Shown one piece after another: positions 1-8,272 of a DNA stretch of 44,532 nt. The translations under genes and the position numbers were made by a program. The notes under the pieces are model-generated. The model saw nothing but the letters and a program-made list of their open reading frames with translations. It had not been told where the DNA came from and searched no databases. Position 1 is the first letter of the stretch; every line of letters begins with the position of its first letter. The DNA comes from a virus (Duplodnaviria; Caudoviricetes), in the IMG/VR virus record IMGVR_UViG_3300042191_000124, positions 1 through 44,532 of that record, one strand, 5' to 3'.

Positions 1-40
1 GTCCGCGGACACTCGCGACGCCCACACTCAGGAAGGACCC
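1..40 (-). other. Putative cos site (cosQ-like GGGTCCT plus cosN-like dyad)
   Basis: Minus strand GCGGGTCCTTCC (cosQ heptamer GGGTCCT at 34-40), about 19 nt before the dyad CGTCGCGGGTGTCCGCGGACG; lies just upstream of terS across the circle junction; terminase is lambda-type. Confidence 0.65.
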
Positions 41-112
41 GCGGGGATGCGCGTCAGGCCGTGCACGTTGATGCGGTGCCCCTTCGGCAAGCCGAGCATG
101 TTGAAGCTCACC
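1..112 (+). repeat. Direct terminal repeat, left copy (circular overlap)
   Basis: 1-112 equals 44421-44532 except position 13 (T) vs 44433 (C); the distal 99 bp are identical. Confidence 0.97.
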
Positions 113-807
113 ACGCCCGGCTCGTCCTCGACGCTGCACTGCAGGTAGTTGTCGGGGTTGAAGTGGGGGGCGTAGTGCCAGTAGAGCTCGTAGTCGTAGC
201 CATGGATCTGGTCGATGAGGTCGGGCATCCCTGGCCCAGGGTTGTTCTCCACGTACAGGATGGGCCGGCACTCCCGAATCAGGCGCTCGGCCCCCTTGAG
301 CACGTCGCCCTCCATGCCTTCGACGTCCGCCTTGAGGAACTGCACCACCGGGCAGACGTCGTCCAAGGGCAGCACGCGCACGCTCGCCCCCTGCTCGAAG
401 CCTCCGAGGGCCAGCCCCCCGTAGTTCCCGTCGATGGTGTAGTCCAGGAAGGGCACCTTGATGGTGCGATGCCCGGCCCCGAGGGCGTAGTTGAACGCCG
501 TCACGTTCGTCAGGCCGTTCAGGGCGAGGTTCCCGCAGAGGATGTGATACATGAACTGGAACGGCTCGAACGCGATGACGTGCCCGCTGAGTCGGGCGAG
601 CGCCACGGTGTGCGCCCCGATATTCGCCCCGGCATCCACCACGACCCAGTCGGGCCGGATGAGCTGCCGCCACAGGTCAACCTCGCTCTCCGAGTACTCG
701 CCGAACTTCTGCAGCGCGCGTCCCATGTAGCGGTCTTGGCGCAAATACATCATTCGGCCGTAGCGACAATCCGACACACCAATCAGGGAGGCGTCAGCGC
801 GATCCAT
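28..807 (-). CDS. FkbM-family SAM-dependent methyltransferase
   Basis: Motifs VVDAGANIGAHT, AFEP, FLKADVEGME, RPILYVEN; ATG 807 with upstream AGGAGG, coupled to the upstream stop (TAATG). Confidence 0.9.
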   Translation of the reverse strand: MDRADASLIGVSDCRYGRMMYLRQDRYMGRALQKFGEYSESEVDLWRQLIRPDWVVVDAGANIGAHTVALARLSGHVIAFEPFQFMYHILCGNLALNGLTNVTAFNYALGAGHRTIKVPFLDYTIDGNYGGLALGGFEQGASVRVLPLDDVCPVVQFLKADVEGMEGDVLKGAERLIRECRPILYVENNPGPGMPDLIDQIHGYDYELYWHYAPHFNPDNYLQCSVEDEPGVVSFNMLGLPKGHRINVHGLTRIPAGPS

Positions 808-1301
808 TACGCCCCCTCCTGCCGCATGGCTTCCCTGCGCATCCGCGCTACGAAGTTCTCTAGGTACAGCGCGGCCCTCTGGCATCGTGCGGGGTCTTCG
901 TCCAGGAGCCCTAGCGCAGTGTTGCACTTCGAGCAGAGCAGCCCGCGCACAAGCCCAGTTTCGTGGCAGTGGTCGACATGGGGCGTCCGCTTCGGCACCT
1001 CGCCGCAGATGAGGCACCGGCCATCCTGTGCGGCCAACATCTCGTTGAATGATTGAACGGTTAGCCCGTACACCTTGAGGTCGCGGTTTCGCAGCGCCTT
1101 CCGGGCGTGCGCACGAGCGCGCTCTGGATGTGTGTCCCGCCAGAGCTTCATGCGCGCTTGAATCTGAGTGGACTTCCGCTTGTACCTGTCCCGCTCGTAG
1201 CAACGCTTCGAGCAGAACTTCGGAGCGCAGCCCATGGGCTTGCGAGTGAAGTCCTCCCCGCAATGCTGGCAGGCTATGAGCTTTCCGTCGGCACGATCCA
1301 T
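807..1301 (-). CDS. Endonuclease VII-type homing endonuclease with N-terminal Zn finger
   Basis: YGLT...Q.GRCLICG...HVDHCHETGLVRGLLCSKCNTALG; N-terminal CQHCG...FCSKRC. Confidence 0.88.
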   Translation of the reverse strand: MDRADGKLIACQHCGEDFTRKPMGCAPKFCSKRCYERDRYKRKSTQIQARMKLWRDTHPERARAHARKALRNRDLKVYGLTVQSFNEMLAAQDGRCLICGEVPKRTPHVDHCHETGLVRGLLCSKCNTALGLLDEDPARCQRAALYLENFVARMRREAMRQEGA

Positions 1302-1311
1302 CAGGCGGTTT

Positions 1312-1734
1312 TCACACCGCGATGAATAACTGAGACGCGCCAAGACATCTCTCCCACAGTGCGGCGTGCTCAGATTCACCGTCCTTTATTAAGTCCTGAA
1401 TGTGCGCCCACTCTGGCTTCGGCATTTGCTTCTGCGATTCTTGCCGTTGCCACTCGAGATAGTCGTTGCGCCGCTCCGTGACCTTAGCCCTGCGTAGTTG
1501 GCACTCCACTGTTACCCAAAGCAGGTGTAAGTGAGCTTCGTATGTAGAGCAATCGTCCGTGTGCTCATTCACCCATCCCAGAATTTCGCCCGGCTTTTGT
1601 CTCCCGGAACTGAAATCCACGATTGTTTCTTGGACGATCTGACGGTAAACAGCCTTGGTCATCTGCTTCCCGTTCACCATAACAACCGCCACAGTAACTG
1701 GTTGATGCCTTATTTCCAGATGTTCAGGGGTCAC
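1312..1734 (-). CDS. Hypothetical protein (lower-GC gene)
   Basis: 140-aa ORF, start overlaps the upstream stop; visibly more AT-rich than its flanks. Confidence 0.75.
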   Translation of the reverse strand: MTPEHLEIRHQPVTVAVVMVNGKQMTKAVYRQIVQETIVDFSSGRQKPGEILGWVNEHTDDCSTYEAHLHLLWVTVECQLRRAKVTERRNDYLEWQRQESQKQMPKPEWAHIQDLIKDGESEHAALWERCLGASQLFIAV

Positions 1735-3125
1735 GCAGCCTCCTGTTGAGTGAGTGCTTCCAGGGCTGCTTTCACTTCACGCATGACGCTGCCCCAGTCC
1801 CCCTGGGCTGGCTGGCGCACGAGGCGGGCCGTCGGATACCAGGGCGTCGTCTCACCCTGCACGCCCCAGCGGTAATCGGGGATCGTCGGCAGGAGGAGCC
1901 AGAGGGGCTTCCCCAAGGCACCGGCGAGATGCGCCACGCTCGTATCGCACGAGATCACGAGATCGAGCTGGCTGATCAGCGCCGCCGTGTCCGCGAAGTC
2001 CGTGATCAGGGGCTTCAGGTTGTGGCAGGGCACGCTCACCGGCTCCTGATCGACCTGCAGCGAGTACCAGGTCACGCCGGGGATACTCCACAGCGGCTTC
2101 CAGTGCTCGAGCGCGATCGAGCGGCGCTTGTCGCTGCGATGGTCCGGCGAGCCAGCCCACACGAAGCCGACCTTGAGACCGTCCCCTTTTGGTATCGTGG
2201 GGGCTCCGCCGGTCTCACGAAGCTCACGACCGTGGTTAGGCCAGATGGCAGGGGCCAGCCACGGCACCGTCGGCACATTCTCGGCAGTCATCCCGAAGCG
2301 ATGCGGGAGACTCATCATGGCGACTTGAAGATCACAGGGCGGGTGGGCCTCTCCTTGGGCACTCAGGCCGTAGCCGGGGAAACTCTGTTCAAAGAGGCGA
2401 CCCAGTGGCCGCTGCACTTCGATGTGCACGTCGCCCTCGATCAGCGGCACGTAGCGCGCCATCATGATCGAATCCCCGAAGCCCTGCTCGGCGTGCACGA
2501 GCAGCCGCTTGCCGTTCAGCGGCGCGCCATCCCACATCGGCTCGTGATGCCGCATCACATACGTCCCCATGAAAACGGGCGAGTCGAAGCGCGCCTCGTA
2601 AGCGGCCCAACCTTCCGTCCAGCGCCCGAGGGCCATGAGCGGGTAGCTGAGATTGTAGCGGCGCTCGGCCGTGACGGGCCCGCTCGCCGGCGCGAGCGCG
2701 ATCGCCTTCTCGAGGCAGTGGATCGCCAGCTCCGCATCGCCGAAGGCGTGCACGCACTTCCCCAGGCCCTCCCACACGTCCCCCAGCTGAGGATTGAGCT
2801 TCAGCGCCGTCTCGTAGGCCGCGACGGCCTGGGTGTATTCCCCCCGCGTCTCGTGAATCACGCCGAGGAGGTGATGGGCTTCCACGAACGTGGGGTTCTG
2901 CGCCACGAGGGGGGCGAGGATCCGCAGGGCGGCCTCGGGCTCCTGGATCTGCCAGGAGATCACGGCGATGCGGTACAGCATCAGCGTGGCGATGGCGCGC
3001 GGCGGCGTGAGCTTGAGGACGCGCTTGTAGAGCGTCAGAGCCTCGGGGAGCTTTCCCTCCCGGTGCAGGGTGTCCGCCTGCTCCGCCCAACGCTGCGCGA
3101 GTCCCTTCCCGCGAATCGGCTGCAT
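1731..3125 (-). CDS. TPR-repeat glycosyltransferase (GT9/FlmG-like GT-B domain)
   Basis: N-terminal TPRs; C-terminal RLLVHAEQGFGDSIMMARY, KVGFVWAG, DFADTAALISQLDLVISCDTSVAHLAGALG, YRWG...PWYP; ATG 3125 coupled (TGATG). Confidence 0.88.
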   Translation of the reverse strand: MQPIRGKGLAQRWAEQADTLHREGKLPEALTLYKRVLKLTPPRAIATLMLYRIAVISWQIQEPEAALRILAPLVAQNPTFVEAHHLLGVIHETRGEYTQAVAAYETALKLNPQLGDVWEGLGKCVHAFGDAELAIHCLEKAIALAPASGPVTAERRYNLSYPLMALGRWTEGWAAYEARFDSPVFMGTYVMRHHEPMWDGAPLNGKRLLVHAEQGFGDSIMMARYVPLIEGDVHIEVQRPLGRLFEQSFPGYGLSAQGEAHPPCDLQVAMMSLPHRFGMTAENVPTVPWLAPAIWPNHGRELRETGGAPTIPKGDGLKVGFVWAGSPDHRSDKRRSIALEHWKPLWSIPGVTWYSLQVDQEPVSVPCHNLKPLITDFADTAALISQLDLVISCDTSVAHLAGALGKPLWLLLPTIPDYRWGVQGETTPWYPTARLVRQPAQGDWGSVMREVKAALEALTQQEAA

Positions 3126-3826
3126 CACCGGGCCGAGCGCATCGCTTGCGCGAACGCTTCCGCCCATCGGATCGGCCACCGCTCCCGCACCGTGCGCTCG
3201 CCCACGGGGAAAAACTCGAAGCGGCGCGGAATGGGAATGCGCGTCTTGTACGTCCAGATCAGTCGCACATCGTGCGGCCCGGGGCCGAACCGCTGATAGA
3301 CGCCCCAGGTCTTGACGCCCTGATGCGCCGTCGGGTCCAGCACGAACGTCCGCTGCTTGCCCTTGAGCTGCACCACCCCGCGCGCCGTGACGTGACGCTG
3401 CGGACCGAGGATGCCCGTCACCCCACGTCGGGGGACGAGCCGCAGGTTCTTCGGGTACAGGCCCCGTGGGGGGAGATCGCTGAAACTCGGCCGGATGTTC
3501 GACGAGGGGATCGCGATCGGCATCGCCGGGTCGAGCGCCTGCTTCACCCCCGCCGCCTGGAACTTGCGCAGGAAGCCCGCCTTCTCCCCGATCTCCACGA
3601 TGACCTGCATGGGGGAGTCGTGCTTGTCCGAGAACTTGGGGATACGGACGCTGTTGAGAATGAACTGTGGCTGCCGCAGCACAAAATTGGCGGCCAGCTC
3701 GCCCTGCTCGGCCTGCTGGACGTCCTTCGCGGTGCGGTTCAAGGCCAGGCTCGCGGCGAAGGGGATCTGGTCGCGGTAGAGCCCGTCGAGAAAAGTCTCG
3801 GCTTCGGACGTGTCAACGCGGATCAC
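3125..3826 (-). CDS. Lambda gpZ-like tail completion/neck protein
   Basis: N-terminal QIPFAASLALNRTAKDVQ and basic C-terminal F..A...A helix typical of gpZ-like proteins. Confidence 0.6.
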   Translation of the reverse strand: MIRVDTSEAETFLDGLYRDQIPFAASLALNRTAKDVQQAEQGELAANFVLRQPQFILNSVRIPKFSDKHDSPMQVIVEIGEKAGFLRKFQAAGVKQALDPAMPIAIPSSNIRPSFSDLPPRGLYPKNLRLVPRRGVTGILGPQRHVTARGVVQLKGKQRTFVLDPTAHQGVKTWGVYQRFGPGPHDVRLIWTYKTRIPIPRRFEFFPVGERTVRERWPIRWAEAFAQAMRSAR

Positions 3827-4038
3827 GGAGCGCCTACCAGTTCATCGGCGTGCCGCTTGCAAAGAAAGAGCGACCCGCCACATCCGCAGATCACCGGGAG
3901 CCCGTCGCTGAGCACGAGGCCGTACTCATTGCGACCGAGCGCAGCCGCGTCGTCCCGTAGGTACTCCACGAGCGTGCGGCGCGCATTGCTGTCGCGAACG
4001 CGCGTGAAGATATGTTCACTCCCCCTCAACGCTGTCAT
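3823..4038 (-). CDS. Small Cys-containing hypothetical protein
   Basis: 71 aa, 4-nt overlaps on both sides, CGCG...LCKRH. Confidence 0.65.
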   Translation of the reverse strand: MTALRGSEHIFTRVRDSNARRTLVEYLRDDAAALGRNEYGLVLSDGLPVICGCGGSLFLCKRHADELVGAP

Positions 4039-4346
4039 TGCGCACCTCGCTGCAAGATCACCTCAACGAGCCCGCCGCATTTTGGACACGCCTTCACGAA
4101 CCCGCGCCCCGTCTCATCGGCCTCGGTGCGCAGCGCGACGGGGTAGGCGTGAATGGACGGCGGGAAGCGCACCCGCCCGAGGAGGCCGTGGCCACACATC
4201 CCCCCGTCCCGCGGGTGCGGGCAGTGGAGCTGCACAAAGGGCCGGGACGACAAAGGGGCTGTCACCCAGTTTCCTGGGCGCAGCCCCCGAGGGCGACCGT
4301 GCATGATGTGCAGGGAATCTAGCAAATCGCGACGCGCCGCGCTCAT
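4035..4346 (-). CDS. Zn-ribbon protein (loosely Com-like)
   Basis: CPHP...CG.GLLG...KACPKCG; start ATG 4346. Confidence 0.6.
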   Translation of the reverse strand: MSAARRDLLDSLHIMHGRPRGLRPGNWVTAPLSSRPFVQLHCPHPRDGGMCGHGLLGRVRFPPSIHAYPVALRTEADETGRGFVKACPKCGGLVEVILQRGAQ

Positions 4347-4386
4347 GGCCGCTGGACCTGCTCGCCGGTGACGCCCGCGGCTTCGC

Positions 4387-4989
4387 TCACTGGGACGCCG
4401 TCCTCTCGTCCCCCACCCGATTGAGCGCCGCCCGCACCGCACGGAGTAGGTCGATTTCACGCTCGTACATTCCGCCGCGCGTCACCCCAGCGTACAGCGC
4501 ACGGAACGCGGCCTGTACGGGCTCCTGGAGAAACACCTCGTGGTCGCTCGGCGCTGCTCCTCGGAGTCCATCCACCGCAGCCCGCAATCGTGCGTTTTCG
4601 TCAACCTGCGCTTTCCAGAGCGCGGCGTAATGCGGGCGCTCCACAAGCCAAGTCGCCAGTTCCTTGCCAATGCCCAGATTCAGTCCTTGCAGCCACGCCG
4701 CATGGCGCTCCAAGTCGATGCGCAGTTCGGTGGAAATCGGCTCCTCCTCCGCAGGGGCCGCACGCACCGACGCCAGCACTTGCTCGGCGCACAATGGGCA
4801 GCGGAGTAGTGCCGTCATGGTTTCGTGGATGAGGTAGTCGTGGCGCCCGCCAGCGCCGACCTCGGCCTCACCCTCGCGCAGCGCCATTTCTAAGCACCAT
4901 GCTTTCGACACGTTCAGTTTCATGTTTCCTTCCCGTTCGGGGAGCCGCTCCTCGGGAGTCCCCGAGCCCTCCGCGTCACGGGCGGTCAT
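4387..4989 (-). CDS. Hypothetical protein
   Basis: ATG 4989 coupled to the upstream stop (alternative ATG 4923); contains CPLC and a coiled-coil stretch. Confidence 0.6.
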   Translation of the reverse strand: MTARDAEGSGTPEERLPEREGNMKLNVSKAWCLEMALREGEAEVGAGGRHDYLIHETMTALLRCPLCAEQVLASVRAAPAEEEPISTELRIDLERHAAWLQGLNLGIGKELATWLVERPHYAALWKAQVDENARLRAAVDGLRGAAPSDHEVFLQEPVQAAFRALYAGVTRGGMYEREIDLLRAVRAALNRVGDERTASQ

Positions 4990-5126
4990 CCGCCTACCAC
5001 CCAGCAGCGTCCGCAATGGCGCGGAGCGACGATGGTGCTCTCGACGGTGACGTGGCCTCGAATCGCGCACCACAACCGCCGCAGCAGGTACGCACGAGGA
5101 CGATACGGCCAGAAAACTTTTCTCAT
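4986..5126 (-). CDS. Small Zn-binding prophage protein
   Basis: 46 aa MRKVFW...LWCAIRGH...CGRC, ATGA-coupled on both sides. Confidence 0.6.
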   Translation of the reverse strand: MRKVFWPYRPRAYLLRRLWCAIRGHVTVESTIVAPRHCGRCWVVGG

Positions 5127-5579
5127 TCGGTCCTCTCCGTTTCTGGGGGTGAGGGAGCCCCGCCCCGCGCGACCCCATCGAAAGTCGCCAGCCACAAATA
5201 GAATGCTTCGTGACGCGCGCACTCGTGAGCGAGATTGATGCCCCGCCGCTCCTCAAACCCGGCGACACCGAGGCGGTGCTGTTCCTCGTGCGCCCCGTCA
5301 CATCCCGGCCACAGGTTGCCCGCATCTGGGCCACCCGCCCCGCGCGACTTCAGATGACACGCCCGGACGCGCCCTGTGCAGCGGTGCCGACCATCGAGCA
5401 CGCACGGCAGTCCTCGGATGTAATCGCGCCGCGCCTCGTCCACGTTCTTCGGGAACAGCGCCCCGCGAGACTTCTTCGTGCGCGGCCCGTTTTTTCTGGA
5501 ACCGCGTGCGCGCCATCGGCTTCGGGGGGCGCTTGGGCCGCCGCACGGGCTTGGGGCAGGGGAAGATCCCGGCGCTCAC
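5123..5579 (-). CDS. DUF968/HNH-like nuclease split by a frameshift at an A6 tract
   Basis: 5' part (GTG 5579, ...CPKP...FQK) and 3' part (YIRGLPCV...ACHL...LWPGC..AHEEQH) are in different frames, joined at A6 (5490-5495); paralogous to 8269-8583. Confidence 0.65.
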
Positions 5580-5818
5580 GCGTTCCTCCAGTTGGCGCCC
5601 TGCGGGCACGTGCTGAAGTGACTCTGGTAGAGCCGCTCCCCGGCGTCGGGCGTGGTCACGAACGTCGCGATCGGCGCCGCCTCGTCCTGGTCCTCGTCGG
5701 ACAGGCGGAAGCCGCGCGGCGTGAGGACGGGATCGGCGTCGACCGGCATCCGCTTCCCATTCGTCGTCGTGGTCCAGACGATCGGCGCCTGACAGCTCTT
5801 GCAGGTCGAGAGCTTCAC
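5576..5818 (-). CDS. Small Zn-finger protein, paralog of 10827-11102
   Basis: CKSCQAPIVW...GKRMPVDADP...YQSHFSTCP. Confidence 0.8.
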   Translation of the reverse strand: MKLSTCKSCQAPIVWTTTTNGKRMPVDADPVLTPRGFRLSDEDQDEAAPIATFVTTPDAGERLYQSHFSTCPQGANWRNA

Positions 5819-6288
5819 GCGGGCTGCGGCCGGCGATCAGCCTTCGTCGCACGCCAGTAGTTGTTCTCCCACTTGCGCACGTCGAGCTCGCGCCGGTTCT
5901 GGCCGTACCGATCGAGCACGATGACGCGGAGATCGCCCTCGATGGCGTCGAGGAACCACCACAAGGCGCAGAGGCCGTGCATCTTCTTCACGGTGATCTC
6001 ACTGGTATCCTCGACTTCATAGAGCGTCACGATCGGGCAGTCGTTCTCCACAAACGTGACCGTGTAGGCGTCAGGGTGGATCCGCGCGCGATGGAAGAGC
6101 TCGTTGAGTTCCGTTCGCTCTGCCGCGCAGTCCTCGGCCCGGTACAGCGCGGCATGCCGAGCGGCGTACCACGCGACATAGTCGCGGATGAGCTTGTGCA
6201 TGGCATCGCTAAACCCTCGCACCTGGACGGCAGCGTCGTCCTGTTGGAGTGCGAGGATGGCGAGGTTGTGCATCGTAATGGTGCGCAT
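5815..6288 (-). CDS. Hypothetical protein
   Basis: 157 aa, TGATG-coupled to the integrase stop. Confidence 0.75.
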   Translation of the reverse strand: MRTITMHNLAILALQQDDAAVQVRGFSDAMHKLIRDYVAWYAARHAALYRAEDCAAERTELNELFHRARIHPDAYTVTFVENDCPIVTLYEVEDTSEITVKKMHGLCALWWFLDAIEGDLRVIVLDRYGQNRRELDVRKWENNYWRATKADRRPQPA

Positions 6289-7631
6289 CAGCTCCTCGGA
6301 TGCCGTTTGGGTGCCGCTTTCGGGGTGGATTTCCCCCGGCGTGGGGGCCTAGACGACGGGTCAGCCGGGCGGGCGGGCGCTACGGATGGCAGCGGGGCGG
6401 TGCGACTACGGACGGATGGATGCTCGCGGTCGTCGGTTCGATTCCGACCGGTGGCTCTGTCCCCCCAATCACTTACACCGACCCCTGCCAGCTCGGGTGT
6501 CTCTCGGGTGTCGGTTTCGGGTCCCCTCGCGCGCGCATCCGAGGCCGCGATCGCCGCGGCGAGCCGGTCGTCCCGCGTCTTCAGGTACTTCTGGAAGGAC
6601 CGCAGATCCGTGTGTCCGGTGAAGTCCATCACGAGCTTCACGTCGCCCTGGAATTCCGCCCACAGGTCGCCGGTCACCATGCGACGGAAGCCGTGCGCCG
6701 CCCGCCAGGGCCGGTGCGGGACCTCGGCCCGATCCTCGGCGTCCCGGAGCGCCTGCCAGAAGCCCTGCACGCTATAGGGGGCATCGCGCCGCGCCGAGTA
6801 GAACACGTACTCGCCGGCGTAGCCGTCCCGTGTGCGCCACCAGCGGGCCGTCTCGAGCGCCGCCCACGCCGCCTGCCGGAGCGGCTGCGACCACGCGCGC
6901 CCCACCTTATCGGTCTCGCGCCGCCAGTGCACGCGATCCCCGCGGACATCCGACCAGCGCAGGTGCAGGGCGGCGTTGATCCGGACGCCCTGGGTGCCGA
7001 CGAAGAGAAGGACGGCGTGAGCCCGCCAGGTCCGCGAGGACTGCGGGTCGAGCTCGGCGAGCAGCGCGTCGAGATCCTCAGCGCGGTACTCTCCGGGCGC
7101 GTTCACGACCTCGTCCTTGCCGCGCTTGAAGCGGTAGCCGGCGAGGTCGTTCTGCGCGAGCGCCTGATGCGCGCGGCCCCACGCGTAGACGATCTTCACC
7201 ATCTTGACGTGCTCGCCCACCTGGTTCACGGCATGGCCGACCTTCCGCATTGCTGCGGTGAACTCCGCCATCGTCAGCCCGGTCGCTTGCTCCGCAAGGA
7301 AGTCCCCACCGACGAACAGTTGCCACTTCGCCCACCGCGCCGTGTAGAGGACGACGCTGCGCGGCCGCAGGTGCGCCTGATCCGCGAGGTACAGCGCCCA
7401 GAGCGCCCGCGTGGTCAGCGCCGGGCGGCGTGGCCCCTGGATCCACTCAGCCGCCATCGCCTTCGCGAAAGCCTTCGCCTCGGCACGGCCGGCCGCGGTG
7501 AGCGGCCAGCTCCGCTTGAGGCGGCGCCCATGGGACCGCCAGAACACCGTGACGAGCTGCCGGCGCTCGTCTTCGTAGACGCGCACGCCGCCACGCGCCG
7601 GGCCGAAGTGGCCGATCGTCTTAGGAGTCAT
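6288..7631 (-). CDS. int: Tyrosine integrase
   Basis: Catalytic set GVRINAALHLRW (R), TDK (K), AHGFRR (HxxR), TGHTD (H), KYL (Y). Confidence 0.92.
   Translation of the reverse strand: MTPKTIGHFGPARGGVRVYEDERRQLVTVFWRSHGRRLKRSWPLTAAGRAEAKAFAKAMAAEWIQGPRRPALTTRALWALYLADQAHLRPRSVVLYTARWAKWQLFVGGDFLAEQATGLTMAEFTAAMRKVGHAVNQVGEHVKMVKIVYAWGRAHQALAQNDLAGYRFKRGKDEVVNAPGEYRAEDLDALLAELDPQSSRTWRAHAVLLFVGTQGVRINAALHLRWSDVRGDRVHWRRETDKVGRAWSQPLRQAAWAALETARWWRTRDGYAGEYVFYSARRDAPYSVQGFWQALRDAEDRAEVPHRPWRAAHGFRRMVTGDLWAEFQGDVKLVMDFTGHTDLRSFQKYLKTRDDRLAAAIAASDARARGPETDTRETPELAGVGVSDWGDRATGRNRTDDREHPSVRSRTAPLPSVAPARPADPSSRPPRRGKSTPKAAPKRHPRS
6421..6457 (+). other. attP: attP core: 3' half of a tRNA (probably Thr)
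   Basis: GGTC-GTCGG-TTCGATT-CCGAC-CGGTGGC-TC = variable loop, T-arm, acceptor 3' strand and discriminator; no 5' half present; lies in the 3' end of int. Confidence 0.8.
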
Positions 7632-7965
7632 GCGCTGCCTCGCGACCGGCCGCGGCGGCGGCCGTCAGGTTCGCCCGTCGCGGGATCACCAAGAGGCGGT
7701 AGCACCGGCGTTTCCCGTCGCGGCGGGCGTGCCCCATCCGCTCCCACTCGGGGAACTGGCTCCGGAGCCACTCGCGGGACCGGCTCGATCGCAACATCGC
7801 ATCCTCCTCCGACACCCAGCGAAGATACTCCTCCGCCGCCTGGCGCACGTCGTCGCAGATCCGTTCGATCAGCCCGGCATCGTGTTCGTGGCCGCGCCGG
7901 CGCAGAACCTGGGCGTCGCCACGCCAATCGGCGAGCACTTGCTCGAGCACGGCGGGCTCAGCCAC
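7621..7965 (-). CDS. Putative excisionase / winged-helix DNA-binding protein
   Basis: Directly upstream of int; WVSEEDAMLRSSRSREWLR...ARRDGKRRCY resembles an HTH plus wing; GTG 7965. Confidence 0.45.
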   Translation of the reverse strand: MAEPAVLEQVLADWRGDAQVLRRRGHEHDAGLIERICDDVRQAAEEYLRWVSEEDAMLRSSRSREWLRSQFPEWERMGHARRDGKRRCYRLLVIPRRANLTAAAAAGREAAHDS

Positions 7966-8272
7966 GCGGCGCGCCGTGGAGCTCGACAAAGTCCTTCCAC
8001 CGCAGGATGACCAGCGCCTCCTCATCCCGCCCGTACTTCTGCTGCCAGACCACGACGCCCACCTTCGCGGGGACGCGGGCGCTGGCCGCCACCACGACGC
8101 CGTCAAGCCAGCCTCGCAGGTAGCTCGGCAGGCGATAGCCGCGCTTCTCTTGGAAGCAGAACATCGGCGTCTCGTAGTCGGCGGCGTCCTTCTGGCCGGT
8201 CGAGGGGATCCGCTCGGTGCCGATCGATCGAGCATGGCGGCGCTCGGCTGCCTTGTAGCCCTTGTCGCTCAT
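7958..8272 (-). CDS. PD-(D/E)xK nuclease, Holliday-junction-resolvase-like
   Basis: KGYKAAERR...ADYE...FQEKR; ATG 8272 with GGGAG RBS. Confidence 0.65.
   Translation of the reverse strand: MSDKGYKAAERRHARSIGTERIPSTGQKDAADYETPMFCFQEKRGYRLPSYLRGWLDGVVVAASARVPAKVGVVVWQQKYGRDEEALVILRWKDFVELHGAPRG

Noticed and set aside
1-112. Biological terminal redundancy (T7-like DTR)
   Set aside because: The lambda-type terminase and cos-like motif, plus a 99-bp exact overlap, fit an assembly overlap better.
6421-6457. Functional tRNA gene
   Set aside because: Only the 3' half is present; better explained as the attP core.
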